In this document: piece by piece, positions 51,401 through 62,534 of the stretch
How the letters are laid out: the number at the start of each line of letters is the position of its first letter
How positions within the stretch are numbered: the first letter of the stretch is position 1
Translations under genes and position numbers: made by a program
Notes under the pieces: generated by a model
The model's database searches: none
What the model was told of the DNA's origin: nothing
What the model saw: the letters and a program-made list of their open reading frames with translations, nothing else
Source of the DNA: Cyanophora paradoxa CCMP329
Lineage: Eukaryota; Plantae; Glaucophyta
DNA length: 64,000 nucleotides
Assembly (NCBI GenBank): GCA_004431415.1
Contig: QPMI01000005.1
Coordinates: forward strand, 124,001 to 188,000
Direction of reading: 5' to 3'

Positions 51401-54400
51401 CCCGGCCCTAGCCTTCTCTCTAGCGGGGCCGCGCGCCCGCCCTCCCTTCCCGATCTGATCCCATCCGATCCACTCCGATCTGATCTGACCAACCGCCCTC
51501 GCCCGCTCAGGTGGGGGCCTACCGCTGCGTCCTCATGCGCCTCAACGCCGAGGGTCCCGTCGGCGAGGTCAGATCTGAGTCTAATCTGATCTGATCCGAT
51601 CCGATCCGATCCGATCCGATCCGGTCCGATCCTCGTCCTCGCGCAGTGGGCCCGGGACGGGGCGCTGCGCCTGCCGCGGGACTTCTCGGAGCGGGACCTC
51701 CCCGCCGTCCTCCGCATCCGCGTCCAGTGCGCCCCGCCCCAGATCCAACCCTTCGATTCTTAGAAGCCTTCTCGAAATTAAAGCCTTCAGTAATCACGGG
51801 TGGAATCCGTGTCGCGCGCGCCAGCTCCAACCAGCTCCGACCCTTTAGATTCCGCCTAGCTTCTCCTCCTAGCTTTTCTTACAGAGGTCCATTCCTTTCT
51901 ACTCCGTTATCCAATCTCCCGTTATCCAATCCTCGACTGGGTTCCCCCGCCCGCCTGATCGTGGCCCGGCAGGCGGCACCTGACGTCGGTGTCGGACGTG
52001 CTGGAGCTGCCGGACCTGAGGGCCCCGGTGGGGTACAACCCCGACGAGGTCACCCCCGAGATGCTCGCCGAGGGTCCGACCCCGCCCGGCCCCCGCCCCG
52101 CATCCTCCTTTAAATTCTATTAACAAGCAATAGCAAGATTAGATCTACAAGCTCATTGCTTAGATCCAGATCCGCCCATATACCTACCCGCCCGCCCGCC
52201 CGCGCGTCTGCCCGCCTTATTCTCGGGGCCGGGGCGCAGCGCACGCCTTCTGGAGCTGGCTGAACGTCGTCTCCGCCTTCACCATCTGCCTCCACCACGA
52301 GGTCCCTCCCCCCCCCCCCCCCCCCCCCCTCCCTCTCTCCCTTTCTGAGATCTTAGATCCTTAAGATTAGATCTAGATACTAGTACTTAATCTCATAGCT
52401 CTTTGCCTTCACCATCTGCCTCCACCACGAGGCGAGCCCGCGGGCTGCTCGACTGAGGATCCAGGGCTGAGGGCGGGGGGCGGCGGTTCCTAGGGCGCCT
52501 AACCTAACTAGCCATAGCTTGGTTCTGAATCCGGAGCCGAAGGTCTTGATTGACCATAGCCCTTTAAGCTCCCCATCCGCCTTCCTCTACCACAAAATCT
52601 CTTTTCCCCTCCCTCTCTCTCTCTCTATCTATCTATCTGGAGCAGAGCTGTGGGCGCCTCTCTCCCTCCCCCTCACCCACTCCTTCCTTCTCGGTCAGCT
52701 GGGGGTCCAGAGCTGAAGGCGCCTCTGCGTGCAGGGGACGGCAGAGAGCCGAGAGCGCCCCTCTCCCTCCCTCTCACCCGCTCCTTCCCTCGCAGGGGAC
52801 GGCGGTGGGGGTGCTGTGGGTGGCGTCGGACGTGCGGCGGGAGTGGACGGACCTCGACCGCGCCCTCATCAACTCCATCCGGGACCACCTCGCCATCGCC
52901 GTGCGCCATACTTTGTTGGTTCCTTAGGTATTAATTAGCCAGAGGAGCCAAAGCTTTTAAGGTCTTAATCCGTCGTAGCTTGAGCCCACTCTCCATCCGC
53001 GACCACCTCGATCGCCATCGCCGTGCGCCATACTTTACAACTTGATAGCCAAATTAGCCGTATACGTAGCCTGGTTCTGGATCCGGAGCCAAAGCTCACA
53101 GACTTAATAAGCCATAGCTTTTGAAACTCTCCGTATGCATCCGCGACCGCCTCGCCATCGCCGTGCGCCGTGCTTCAAGCCCGACGCGCGCCCTTGGAGC
53201 CGGCTTGAAGCCTAAAGCTGAACGAAAGCCTGAGCTTGCTTGCTTAAGCTTCCGGCCTTCTGGCAAATTAAAGCAAACAGAGCGCGGATTCCTCTCGAGC
53301 CCGCCTCACCCCGCTCGGCGCCGGCGCGCAGCTGGCGCACGCGCGGGTGCTGGAGACGATGGCGGCCTCCAACGAGACCCTCTCCCGCCAGGCCCGCCCC
53401 CGCCCCCGCCAGACGCCCGTTCCTGGGACGGCTAGCGGGGACGCCGGCCCCTTCTGCCCTCTCCTCCGCACCCGCCACGGGCCCTCCGGGACGGCTAGAG
53501 GGGACCCCCCCCCCCCCCCCCCCCCCCCCGCCTCCAACGAGACCCTCTCCCGTCAGGCCCGCCCCTTCCACCCCTTCCCCCTCTCCCGCCCCCGCCTCCG
53601 CCCCTTAGAGGGGACACCACCTTAAATACCCCCCACCAGCCCGCCCCCGCCCCCGCCCTCCCGCCCCGGCCGCTTCCCCCGGCCGCTTCCCCTCCCCGCC
53701 CCCGTCCCTTCCTGGACGGCTAGAGGGGATGCCGGTCCTTAGACCCTCCCCCGCCAGGCCCGCCCACCCCTCCCGCCCCCGCCCCGCCCCCGGCCCCTCC
53801 CCCGCCCCCCGCCTGGAAGGGGACACCGGCCCTGCGCCGGACGTCCCTTTTTCTGCCTTGCTCCCCCGCCGCCATTGATATCGCCCGGCTCCCCCCCCCC
53901 TCCCCCCTCCCGCGCCTCCGCCTCGCTGCTTTCTCACTCGCTTCCTCACTCTCCCCCGCAGGTGGAGCGGGACCGTGTGCTGAGCGGGATGGTGCAGGCG
54001 GTGCGGGACTCCCTCGACGCCGACGCCATGCTCGACACCGTCCGCCCCCGCCCCGCCCCGCCCCCGCCCCGCCCCGCTTCCGCCCCCGCCCCGCCTTGAT
54101 CTTAGCGAAATCATCCTAGATCCTTCGGGACTCCCTCCTAATTATTTTAGATCTTAGACGCCATGCTCGACACCGTCCGCCCCCGCCCTGCCCTCAGCTA
54201 GATCTTGCATCTGAGATCTTGGATCTAAGATCTGAAGTGGATCTAAGATCTCATTTTAGATTCATCTAAGAGCGCGCTCTTAGACGCCGACGCCATGCTC
54301 GACACCGTCCGCCCCGCCCCGCCCCGCCCCGCCCGCGTCGCCGCCCTTGCTTTTCATGCTTAGATCCTAGGATAAGGCCTTCGTCTTAAATCTTAGAGCG

Positions 54401-57400
54401 CTAGCGCGCTTCTAGCGCTAAAATCTCGTATCTATCCCAAGATATCTTTGCCTTATTCTGATCTTCTGATCCCGCCGGCGTGCAGGCGGCGCGGCTCCTG
54501 GCGGCGAACCTCTCCGCCGACCGATGCCTGACCGCCGCGCTCGCGCCGGCCCCCGGCGGCCCCGCCCCCCTCTCCAGCTCCGCCGGCCCAGCGGACGCCT
54601 CAGACGTCTCCGTCGCGGCGGAGCGCATCGCGGCCAACCTCCGCTCGACGCCGGCGGACCCCGCCGCCGCCGCCCCCGACGCCTCGGAGCTGCAGCTGCA
54701 GCTACAGCTCCCCGCGTTCCTGCGGCGGCGCCTCGCGGCCGCGTGCCTCGGCTCCGACCGCACCGTACGCATGGACGACCTGTCCGCCCTCCTCCCGGGT
54801 GCGTTAGCTCTGCTTAAACTTCAGCTTGAATCAACGGCCCTTTCCGTTTAGCTGAAGGGCCTCCTAGATAATCCTTAAAAGTTAATTGAATGTGTGCGAA
54901 TTCGAATTCGTCCGCTCAATTCTCCCTCAGGCGAGGACCCGGGGGACCCCGAGCTGCCGGAGTTCCGGGCGTGGGCGGAGGGGACGGGGACGCGGGCCGC
55001 CCTCTGGCGCCGCGTCTCCTACCACGGCCTCCTCAAGGCACGCCCGCCCGCCCGCCCGCCCGCCCCGCGCTCTTCTTAGCTACATCGTAACATCTTAAGC
55101 TTATAGCTACATCTTAAGATATTATATCTTAGGACGGGGACGCGCGCCGCCCTCTGGCGCCGCGTCTCCTACCACGGCGTCCTCAAGGCACGCCCCTCTC
55201 GCCCGCCCGCCCGCCCCGCGCTCTTCTGAGCTACATCTTAACATCTTAACATCTTAAGCTTATAGCTACATCTTAACATCTTATATCTTAGGCGTCCTCA
55301 AGGCGCGCCCCCTCGCCCGCCCACCGTGTACACAGCCACATCTTAAGCCGATCTCTCCTCCGCTCCGCTCCCTCCCTCCCTCCCCCTCCTCCACCGCCTC
55401 CCTCCCCCCCTCCTCCTCTTGACTCGCCCCCCGCCCCGCCTCCCCGCAGGGCTTCGTGGGGCTGCACTCGCGCCGGCCGCGGCGCTGGACGGACACGGAG
55501 GCCGACCTCCTCTCCGCCGTCGCCGACCAGCTGTGCGCAGCACTGGGCCCCCCGGATCCTAGGTCCAAGGCTCTCCTAGCTTCTTAGTCGCCGACCAGCT
55601 GTGCGCTTGGCTCAAGTCTTCCTAGACTCTCCTAGCATCTCCTAGCTTCCTAGCCTCTGGGGCCCCCCGATCCTGGGTCCTAAACCCTAGACGGTCCTAG
55701 GCTCCTCCTAAATGGTCGGTCCTTAGACGGACACGGAGGCCGACCTGCTCTCCGCCGTCGCCGACCAGCTGTGCGCTGAAGTTTAACTTATAATTAAGCG
55801 AATTATATTATATCTAGCTAGAGCTTGATTGCTGGAGCCGTCTTCCCGGCGGTCTTTCCTAGGCTCTCCTAGGTTCTTAGAAAGACTCCGAACTCATCCC
55901 CCGCTTCGGCCGAGCTTATAAGAATAATTCCTTAAGAGATGCTGAGTGAGCTCTGGTCCTGATCCCGCGCCGCAGGGGGATCGGGCTGGCGCACTCGCAG
56001 GCGTACGCGGCGGAGCAGGAGCAGCGCCGCCTCCTCGCCCGCCAGAACGACGGTCCGATCCTCGTATCGTATCGTATCGTATCCTACCAGATGCTCAGAC
56101 GTAGCTTCTTCTTTTTCTTCACTCTGCAGAGCTGCGGGGGGCGCGTGCGGAGGCGGAGGCGGCATCGCGCGCCAAGGGCGACTTCCTCTCCGTCGTGACC
56201 CACGAGCTCCGCACCCCCATGCAGGCACGTGCGAATATATATAGCAGGCCCTGTCCACTTAGATGGGCGCGATTCTTAGATGGGCGCGCATCGTTCTCAT
56301 ATATTCTCCCGACCCCACGAGCTCCGCACCCCCAGGCAGGCGCGTGCGAATACAGCAGGCCCGGCCCACTTAGATGGGCGCGCATCGTTCTCATATATCT
56401 AGATGGAGAAGCGGTTAGCTCCGCACCCCCATGCAGGCCCGTTGGCCCGCCGGCCCGGCCATGGCAGCTTTCAGAGAATAGAAAACTAGGCAGGCCGCCC
56501 CATGCGATCGGGCTCCTCCCTCTAAGACCGCTCGGCCTTTTTTCTCTTCTGACCCGCGGGGCCCCGCAGGCGGTCCTCGGGATCTCGCGGCTGCTGCTGG
56601 ACACGGGACTCACGCGCCAGCAAGAGGACTTCGTCCGCATCGTCCTCCAGTCCGGTCCGCGCGCTCCGCGTACCCCCCGGCATCCTCTTCCCCCTCCCCA
56701 TCTCACACCTTCTTTCGCTCGCAGGGAACGCGCTGGTGGACCTTATCGGCGAGATCCTCGACTGCGGCAAGATCGAGCGCGGCACCCTCGGTCCGTCCGT
56801 ACCCTCCACTAGTTCTCGATCCCTTCCAACGCGTACCCCCGACTCAACCCCCCCCTCCCCCCCAAGAGCTGGAAGAGGCGCCGTTCAGCGCGCGCTGCGT
56901 CGTCGAGTCGGTGCTGGACCTGCTCGCACCCTCCGCCGCCATCAAGGCACGCCCCGCCCCGCCCCCGCCCCGAGGAGATAAGGGTTTAGGCTGGAGCTAT
57001 AGAGCTGAAGCCTAGCCCTTCAGCAACGCCAGGCCCCCCCCCCGCCCCCGCCCCGTCCCGCCCCGCTTCTCCTCGCCCCCGCCCCGCCCGATCCTTATAA
57101 TTAGCTGGATCGTTAGGATCTAGATCCTAAGGAGCTAGCTGGATCCTTAGGAACTAGGCTAGACACGCCCCTCCCTAGGCTAGACCCTGCTCGCCCCCTC
57201 CGCAGCCATAAAGGCTCGCCCCTCCGGGCTCTTCCCCGACCCGCCCCGCCCCCGCCTCGCACCGCCCCGGCCCTATGGGGGTAAGCTCCTCCGTCCGAAA
57301 AAGTAACCCCGCACCCCCCGCAGGGCCTGGACCTCGCGCTCTACGTGGACCCGCGCCTCCCGCGCTCCTTCCACTCCGACGCCCGCCGCCTCCGCCAGGT

Positions 57401-60400
57401 ACCCCCCCTCCGTCTTTTCCCCCCCCCCCGCCCCCCGAAAAAAAGAACGTTCTCTCAACCCCTGCCCCAGATCCTCATCAACCTCGTCGGCAACGTGCGA
57501 GGCTCCCCCCCGCTTCTCCCCGCCCCCTTCTCCCCCCCTCCGAGCCTGTACCCCCCGCAGGCGATCAAGTTCACGGACCGCGGCGAGGTATCCATCCGAG
57601 TGGAGGCGGCGCCCCTTCAGATTCAGAGCGACGGCGGCTGCGGCGACGTACCCCCCCGCTCCGAGCTCCGCATCCTCGTCCGCGGTCCGTCGTCCCCTCG
57701 CTTCTCTGTCTTGCGCCCGCCCTCTCTTCTTTTCCTGACGCTCGTGCAGACACGGGCGCCGGCATCCGTAAGGAGGAGCAGGCGCGCCTCTTCGGATTCT
57801 TCGCCCAGGTACCCCCACACACACACTCCTCCCCCCACCCCTCTCTTCATCTGAGCCTCCTCCTTCCCTCTCCTCTCCCCAGGTGGACTCGAGCAAGACG
57901 CGCCGCTTCTGCGGCTCGGGCATCGGTCTTTTCCTCTCTAAGGTCAGCCTCTCGGCACCCAAGACGCACATTCAAACCGTCCAACTCACTCTTCGCTCGC
58001 ACTCCCAGGCGCTTTCGTCGCTGCTGGGCGGGCAGCTGACGTTTTTCTCGGCTGGCCCGGGCCACGGCTCCACCTTCACGCTCGCCCTACCCCTCCGCGT
58101 CGTCGTACCCCCCGATCCCCCGGTCATCCTCGGCCCCCCCCTCTCCTTCTTCCCCCCCTCGAACTTCGCCTCCGCCTCGGCCTCCGCCTCCGCCGCGGCG
58201 CCGACGGTTCACATCGCGCTGGCGAACGGGACGAACCGCGAAATGGTGGCTGCCCACGCCGCCGGCTGCGGCCTGGCGGTCGACCCGAGGCCGTACCCCT
58301 CCCGCCGGGCCCTCCTCGAGGCCCTCGCCGCCCGCCCGGAGCCCCGCGCCCCCGCGCTCGCCTTCCTCGACATCGAGGTACCCCGGCCCCTCTTCTTCCC
58401 CCACCCCCATCCGCCCCCGTACCCCTCTGAAGGCGAGGCGCGGCATGCAGGCGGCGCGCGGGGACAGCGACACTGAGGGCGAATCGGCGCCCGAGGATGG
58501 GGGGGTACCGAGCCCACGATCCCTGTGGCGCCCGAGCGACCCGCCGCGGGGCGCCTGCGAGGCGGCTCTCGAGGGGGTACGCTGGGTCTACCTGGCCCCG
58601 TCCATCCCGGAGCCGGCGCTCTCCGTCCCGGCGCCGGACCTGCCCCGCGCGCCGGCCTCGGGCGCGCCCTCACCCATCCTCGGCGTGTCAGCGGCGGCAG
58701 CGGCGCGGGCGCCGGCGCGGTGCGACTCGCCCGTCGCGATCATCGGATGCGCCGCCCGCCGCGGGGGTGCCTTCAAGCGCCTCCGGGGCGCGCCCGACGC
58801 GGACGAAGGCGACGAGAGCCCGCCCCGCCCGCGGGCGCGCCAGCGGACGGGTACGGCGGAGGGATCCGAAGCCATCGCGCGCCACTCGCGCCCCGCGGTG
58901 CTGCAGAAGCCGTTGCGGGTGCGGCCGCTGGTCCGGGCGCTCCGGGGCGAGTGTGAGCCCCAAAGCGACGACGAGGAGGAGGAGGAGGAGGGAGGCCGCC
59001 GCCGGCCCCGCGGGGGCTTCGCCACTCTAATGACCCGGCGCCTGGCTCCACCCTCGGGCGCCGCGGCGGGGCCGGGGCGCGGCGGGTGCCCCGCCCCGCT
59101 GGACGGCTCGTGCGCGGGCAGCGACTCCGGGGCCGATCGGAGCGACTCGGCCGAGGAGCGCGAGCGGCCGCCCTCGCGGGGGGGTACCGAGTGCGCGAGC
59201 CCGAGCCCGGCGGCAAGCCTCGCCGGATCCGGATCCGGAGCCGGGTCCGGATCCGGGCAGCTGCGCGTGCTGCTTGCGGAGGACAACCCAATCAACGCGA
59301 AGATCGTTCTCCTCATGCTCCGCAAGGTGAGTTTCTATAAGCGTTTTATAATTAGGCTTTAGAGAGCTTTTAGAGCTAGCGCTCTCGTTCCGGGGATCCT
59401 CTTTAAAGCTTTCATAATAAGGCCGCCTGCCGGCGCTAAAGATCGTTCTCCTCATGCTCCGGAAGGTGAGCGGCGCTCAAGCTTTCTATAATTAGGCCGC
59501 CCCACCCAGGGCTCTCGCCCCAACGTCAACTCAGAACCCCGCACGAAACCTAGACGAGATTAGATAATTCCCCCTCCCCTTCTCCCTTCCCCTTCTCCTC
59601 ATCCCCTTCCCCCCCCCCCCCCCCCCCCCCCCCCCCTTCCCCCACGCCCCCGCCCCTCCCCCCCGGTGCTGATTCCGTTGCCCCGGAAGCTGGGGTACGC
59701 GCTCTCGCCCGGCGACGTCGTGGGCAACGGGGAGCTGGCTCTCGCCGCCGTCGAGAGGGCCGCCGCCGCCGGTACCCCCTACCACGTCCTCCTCCTCGAC
59801 TGGCAGATGTGCGCCCGTACCCCCTCTTCTCTTCTCCCCCTCCTTCCTTTCCTCTAGATCACTGCGGCTGCGGCTTCTTCCCTATCACCTTCGATCTAAT
59901 CCTATCGCGAGCGTGTTCTTCTTGCATTTTGGATCTAATCTCTGATCTATTTATAGGCCGGTACTGGACGGGCTCTCGGCGGCGCGGGCGCTCGTCGCGC
60001 GGCACCCGAAGGCCGACCCCCGCCGGCCCCTGATCGCCATGCTCACCGCCAACGGTACGAATTTCGATTTTCAAATTTTTGACTTCAAATTCGAATTCTA
60101 ACGGCCGGCGCCTTTCAGCGGCGCGCTCGGACCGGGACCTGTGCCTTTCCTCGGGCATAGACGCCTACCTATCCGTGCGCCTTATATAAAGCTTAACTAG
60201 CTTAACGCTCTTCTAGATTTACGTCCTCTGACTTCCTTTCTCTTAATAGAAGCCGATCCGGATGGAGGACCTGGCGGCGACGCTCGGGGACTTTGCGCGG
60301 CGCGCGCAGCGGCGGCGCGCCCGCCAGCGGCGCTCCCTCTCCTCGTCCCCGGCGCCGGCTTCTCCTCCCCCGGGGGCGGCCCCCGAAGTCGTTTTCTCCG

Positions 60401-60411
60401 CCTCCGACTGA
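45489..60411 (+). CDS. Multi-GAF (about five) hybrid histidine kinase with HATPase, degenerate receiver and C-terminal receiver; roughly 40 exons
   Basis: Repeated IRxxLD..ADRC..RxWTxxExxLLxxVADQ..AL.HA GAF motifs. H-box FLSVVTHELRTPMQ, NLVGNAIKFT, DTGAGI, GSGIGL. Receiver LLAEDNPIN..LLDWQMP..LTAN..KP. Start uncertain (45489 or 45811). Confidence 0.9.
48880..48961. repeat. Intronic 8-bp tandem repeat (ACCTTAGA)n
   Basis: About ten consecutive units, with more scattered copies up to ~49290. Confidence 0.9.
51570..51632. repeat. Intronic (GATCC/GATCT)n pentamer microsatellite; similar tract at ~47980-48020
   Basis: Directly visible. Confidence 0.85.
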
Positions 60412-62534
60412 CTGACCGCGTCGCTGAGTGTCTGAGCCTGGCCGACCCGCGGCCGACGGGCCGCCCCCTCCGATCCCGCGATCCCTCTCCTCGTCCCCGG
60501 CCCCGGCGCCGGCATCTTCGCAGCCTCCGACTGATCATATGATCCTGACTGGCCATGGGTCGACCACGGCCCCGGGCCCCCTTCTCCGATCCGATCCCGC
60601 GCGCTCTCCGCTTTCGATCCGATAGAGATTGTAATATAAGACCTCCTCTATTCTTGGCCGCAGCCGCGGTCTTTCAGCTGCTCAAGATCTGTATTCTCGG
60701 CCCCGGCTCCTCCCTGCTCTGTTGTATTTGTCGATCGCGGATTAGGTATCAGTACTAGTTCATCGCATTGCGTTGCATCCAGTTGCATGTAGGGATCATT
60801 TCCGCTTGCCAGTTAGCTTCGCTTGTGTGGGCCCGGGGTTCAGCAGTCATTTCCTTGACGCAGTTTTCGCCGTCTTGAGTTTCAGGCTTGTAGATTTCGG
60901 CATTGAAGTAGCTTTTAATGTACGTGTTGCGAACAGGCATTGAAGTTTCAGGCTTGTCGGCAAGTGTTGCCGTCGTCGTTTGCAGCTGCACGTCGCAGTA
61001 GGTATTCGTATTACTTTATCGCATCGCTTTGCAAGTCAAGTTCGTACGTGTAAGACGGTGTAACTTCGAATACGTAAGGCTTTAATACTGTTGAAACGCA
61101 TGTACACCCAACTTCTTCACATCTATAGTCGTCGGCAGTGCCCATGCTTTTATAAAAAACTTTTGAACATTTTCGCGTTTCGCATTTGCATTTGTTAGCG
61201 ATTATTTATTTTTCGTATGCTTTCGGACGTTTGGTATTGAATATTCCGGGCTGCAGCCTTGCAGCGTGCATTTCGACTTCACTCTCAGTGACTGGACCGC
61301 TGATCATTAACTGCACTCTATCCCTAGGCCTGCAGATCTAAACCTATTAGCCTAGATTTTCGGATCCCCGGATCGGATTCCCGACGACTCGGCGAGAGCC
61401 GCTGAGCCGCAGTATATTTGTAGGCTCGCGATCGTGTTGGGTGATAGGGTGATATATACAGTGCAGGCAATAGTTCAGTCAAAGCGATTTTTATCGCTCG
61501 GAAGTCGACTCGGTGATCGCATTCCACGTTACAACAAACGTGAAAGGCACCTGCAGCTAGCGTCAAAAATGACCATTCATTGGTCATGCATGTGCTTCGA
61601 CTTCGAATTCGGAAGCATGCACTGCTGCTGAGGCTGAGGCGCACTGCGGCGTGCGCAAAGGCCATATATAGCTATGTATAGGCCTAGGATTGCAAGTGCC
61701 CGTGATCTTCCCTCGAGCTCCAATATTAATTGCGATCGCGACCGTCGGACCCCTTCCCCCGCTCCTGGGGAAGGGGAAGGGGACTGGAGATATAGATTAA
61801 TATGAAGCAAGCCGGACTTCAGCTTAGTTTCAGTGATAAGCAAATGGATGTCGACGTCGCAGCAACTTCCAGCACATCGTGTGTTGCAGTAGAGATTAGT
61901 ACTCTGTACCAAGCTTAAGTACACCCTAGTACTAGTATTTAGCCTAGTAGTACTCCTACCGGCCGCGGGGTTCGCCTGTACTCAGTCCTGTAACCAGACA
62001 CACTACCAGCAGGAACTGCACTGCAGCTCACCTGCCTAGCATGCCAACCCAGCCTACCACACATGGCATGCTGTATACGTAATACTACTAGCCTATGCTA
62101 TAGCTAGCCGCATTACGTCACACTGTGCGAGAGTCTATTTTCAAACAAAATTTGAAACCTTGCGGAAAAACTAGATTTAGATCTAGATGAGATGCCAAGC
62201 AAACTGACTAAAGTGGCCGTAGTAAGCGAACTGTCAGCGATGTGCTCCATGTCATAAGTACGCGTACGATTGGTTTGATTCGTCGAGAAGTAGATATATA
62301 ATCATTGATGTATTATGTATTTATACTTCTACGTATACTCGCTGAGTCATGATCAGATTCCTACTCAGACACGATGCAGATGACCTACAGAGATGACTAT
62401 TCCAATTCCTGCGGTTTGCGATCGAGCTCGCACTGCGGCACGTCCAAGGCCTCCTAGTTGAAAGATACATACATATGCATACCGATCGGTCAAGTCGTCG
62501 ATCTAAAATGTGCCTATCGAAGGCTGGCATTGGG

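Noticed and set aside
45489-60411. Phytochrome call
   Set aside because: No PAS-GAF-PHY core and no chromophore Cys motif seen.
61750-61785. Hairpin ccccttcccc..ggggaagggg as a Helitron end or terminator
   Set aside because: No supporting terminal motif or second copy in the window.
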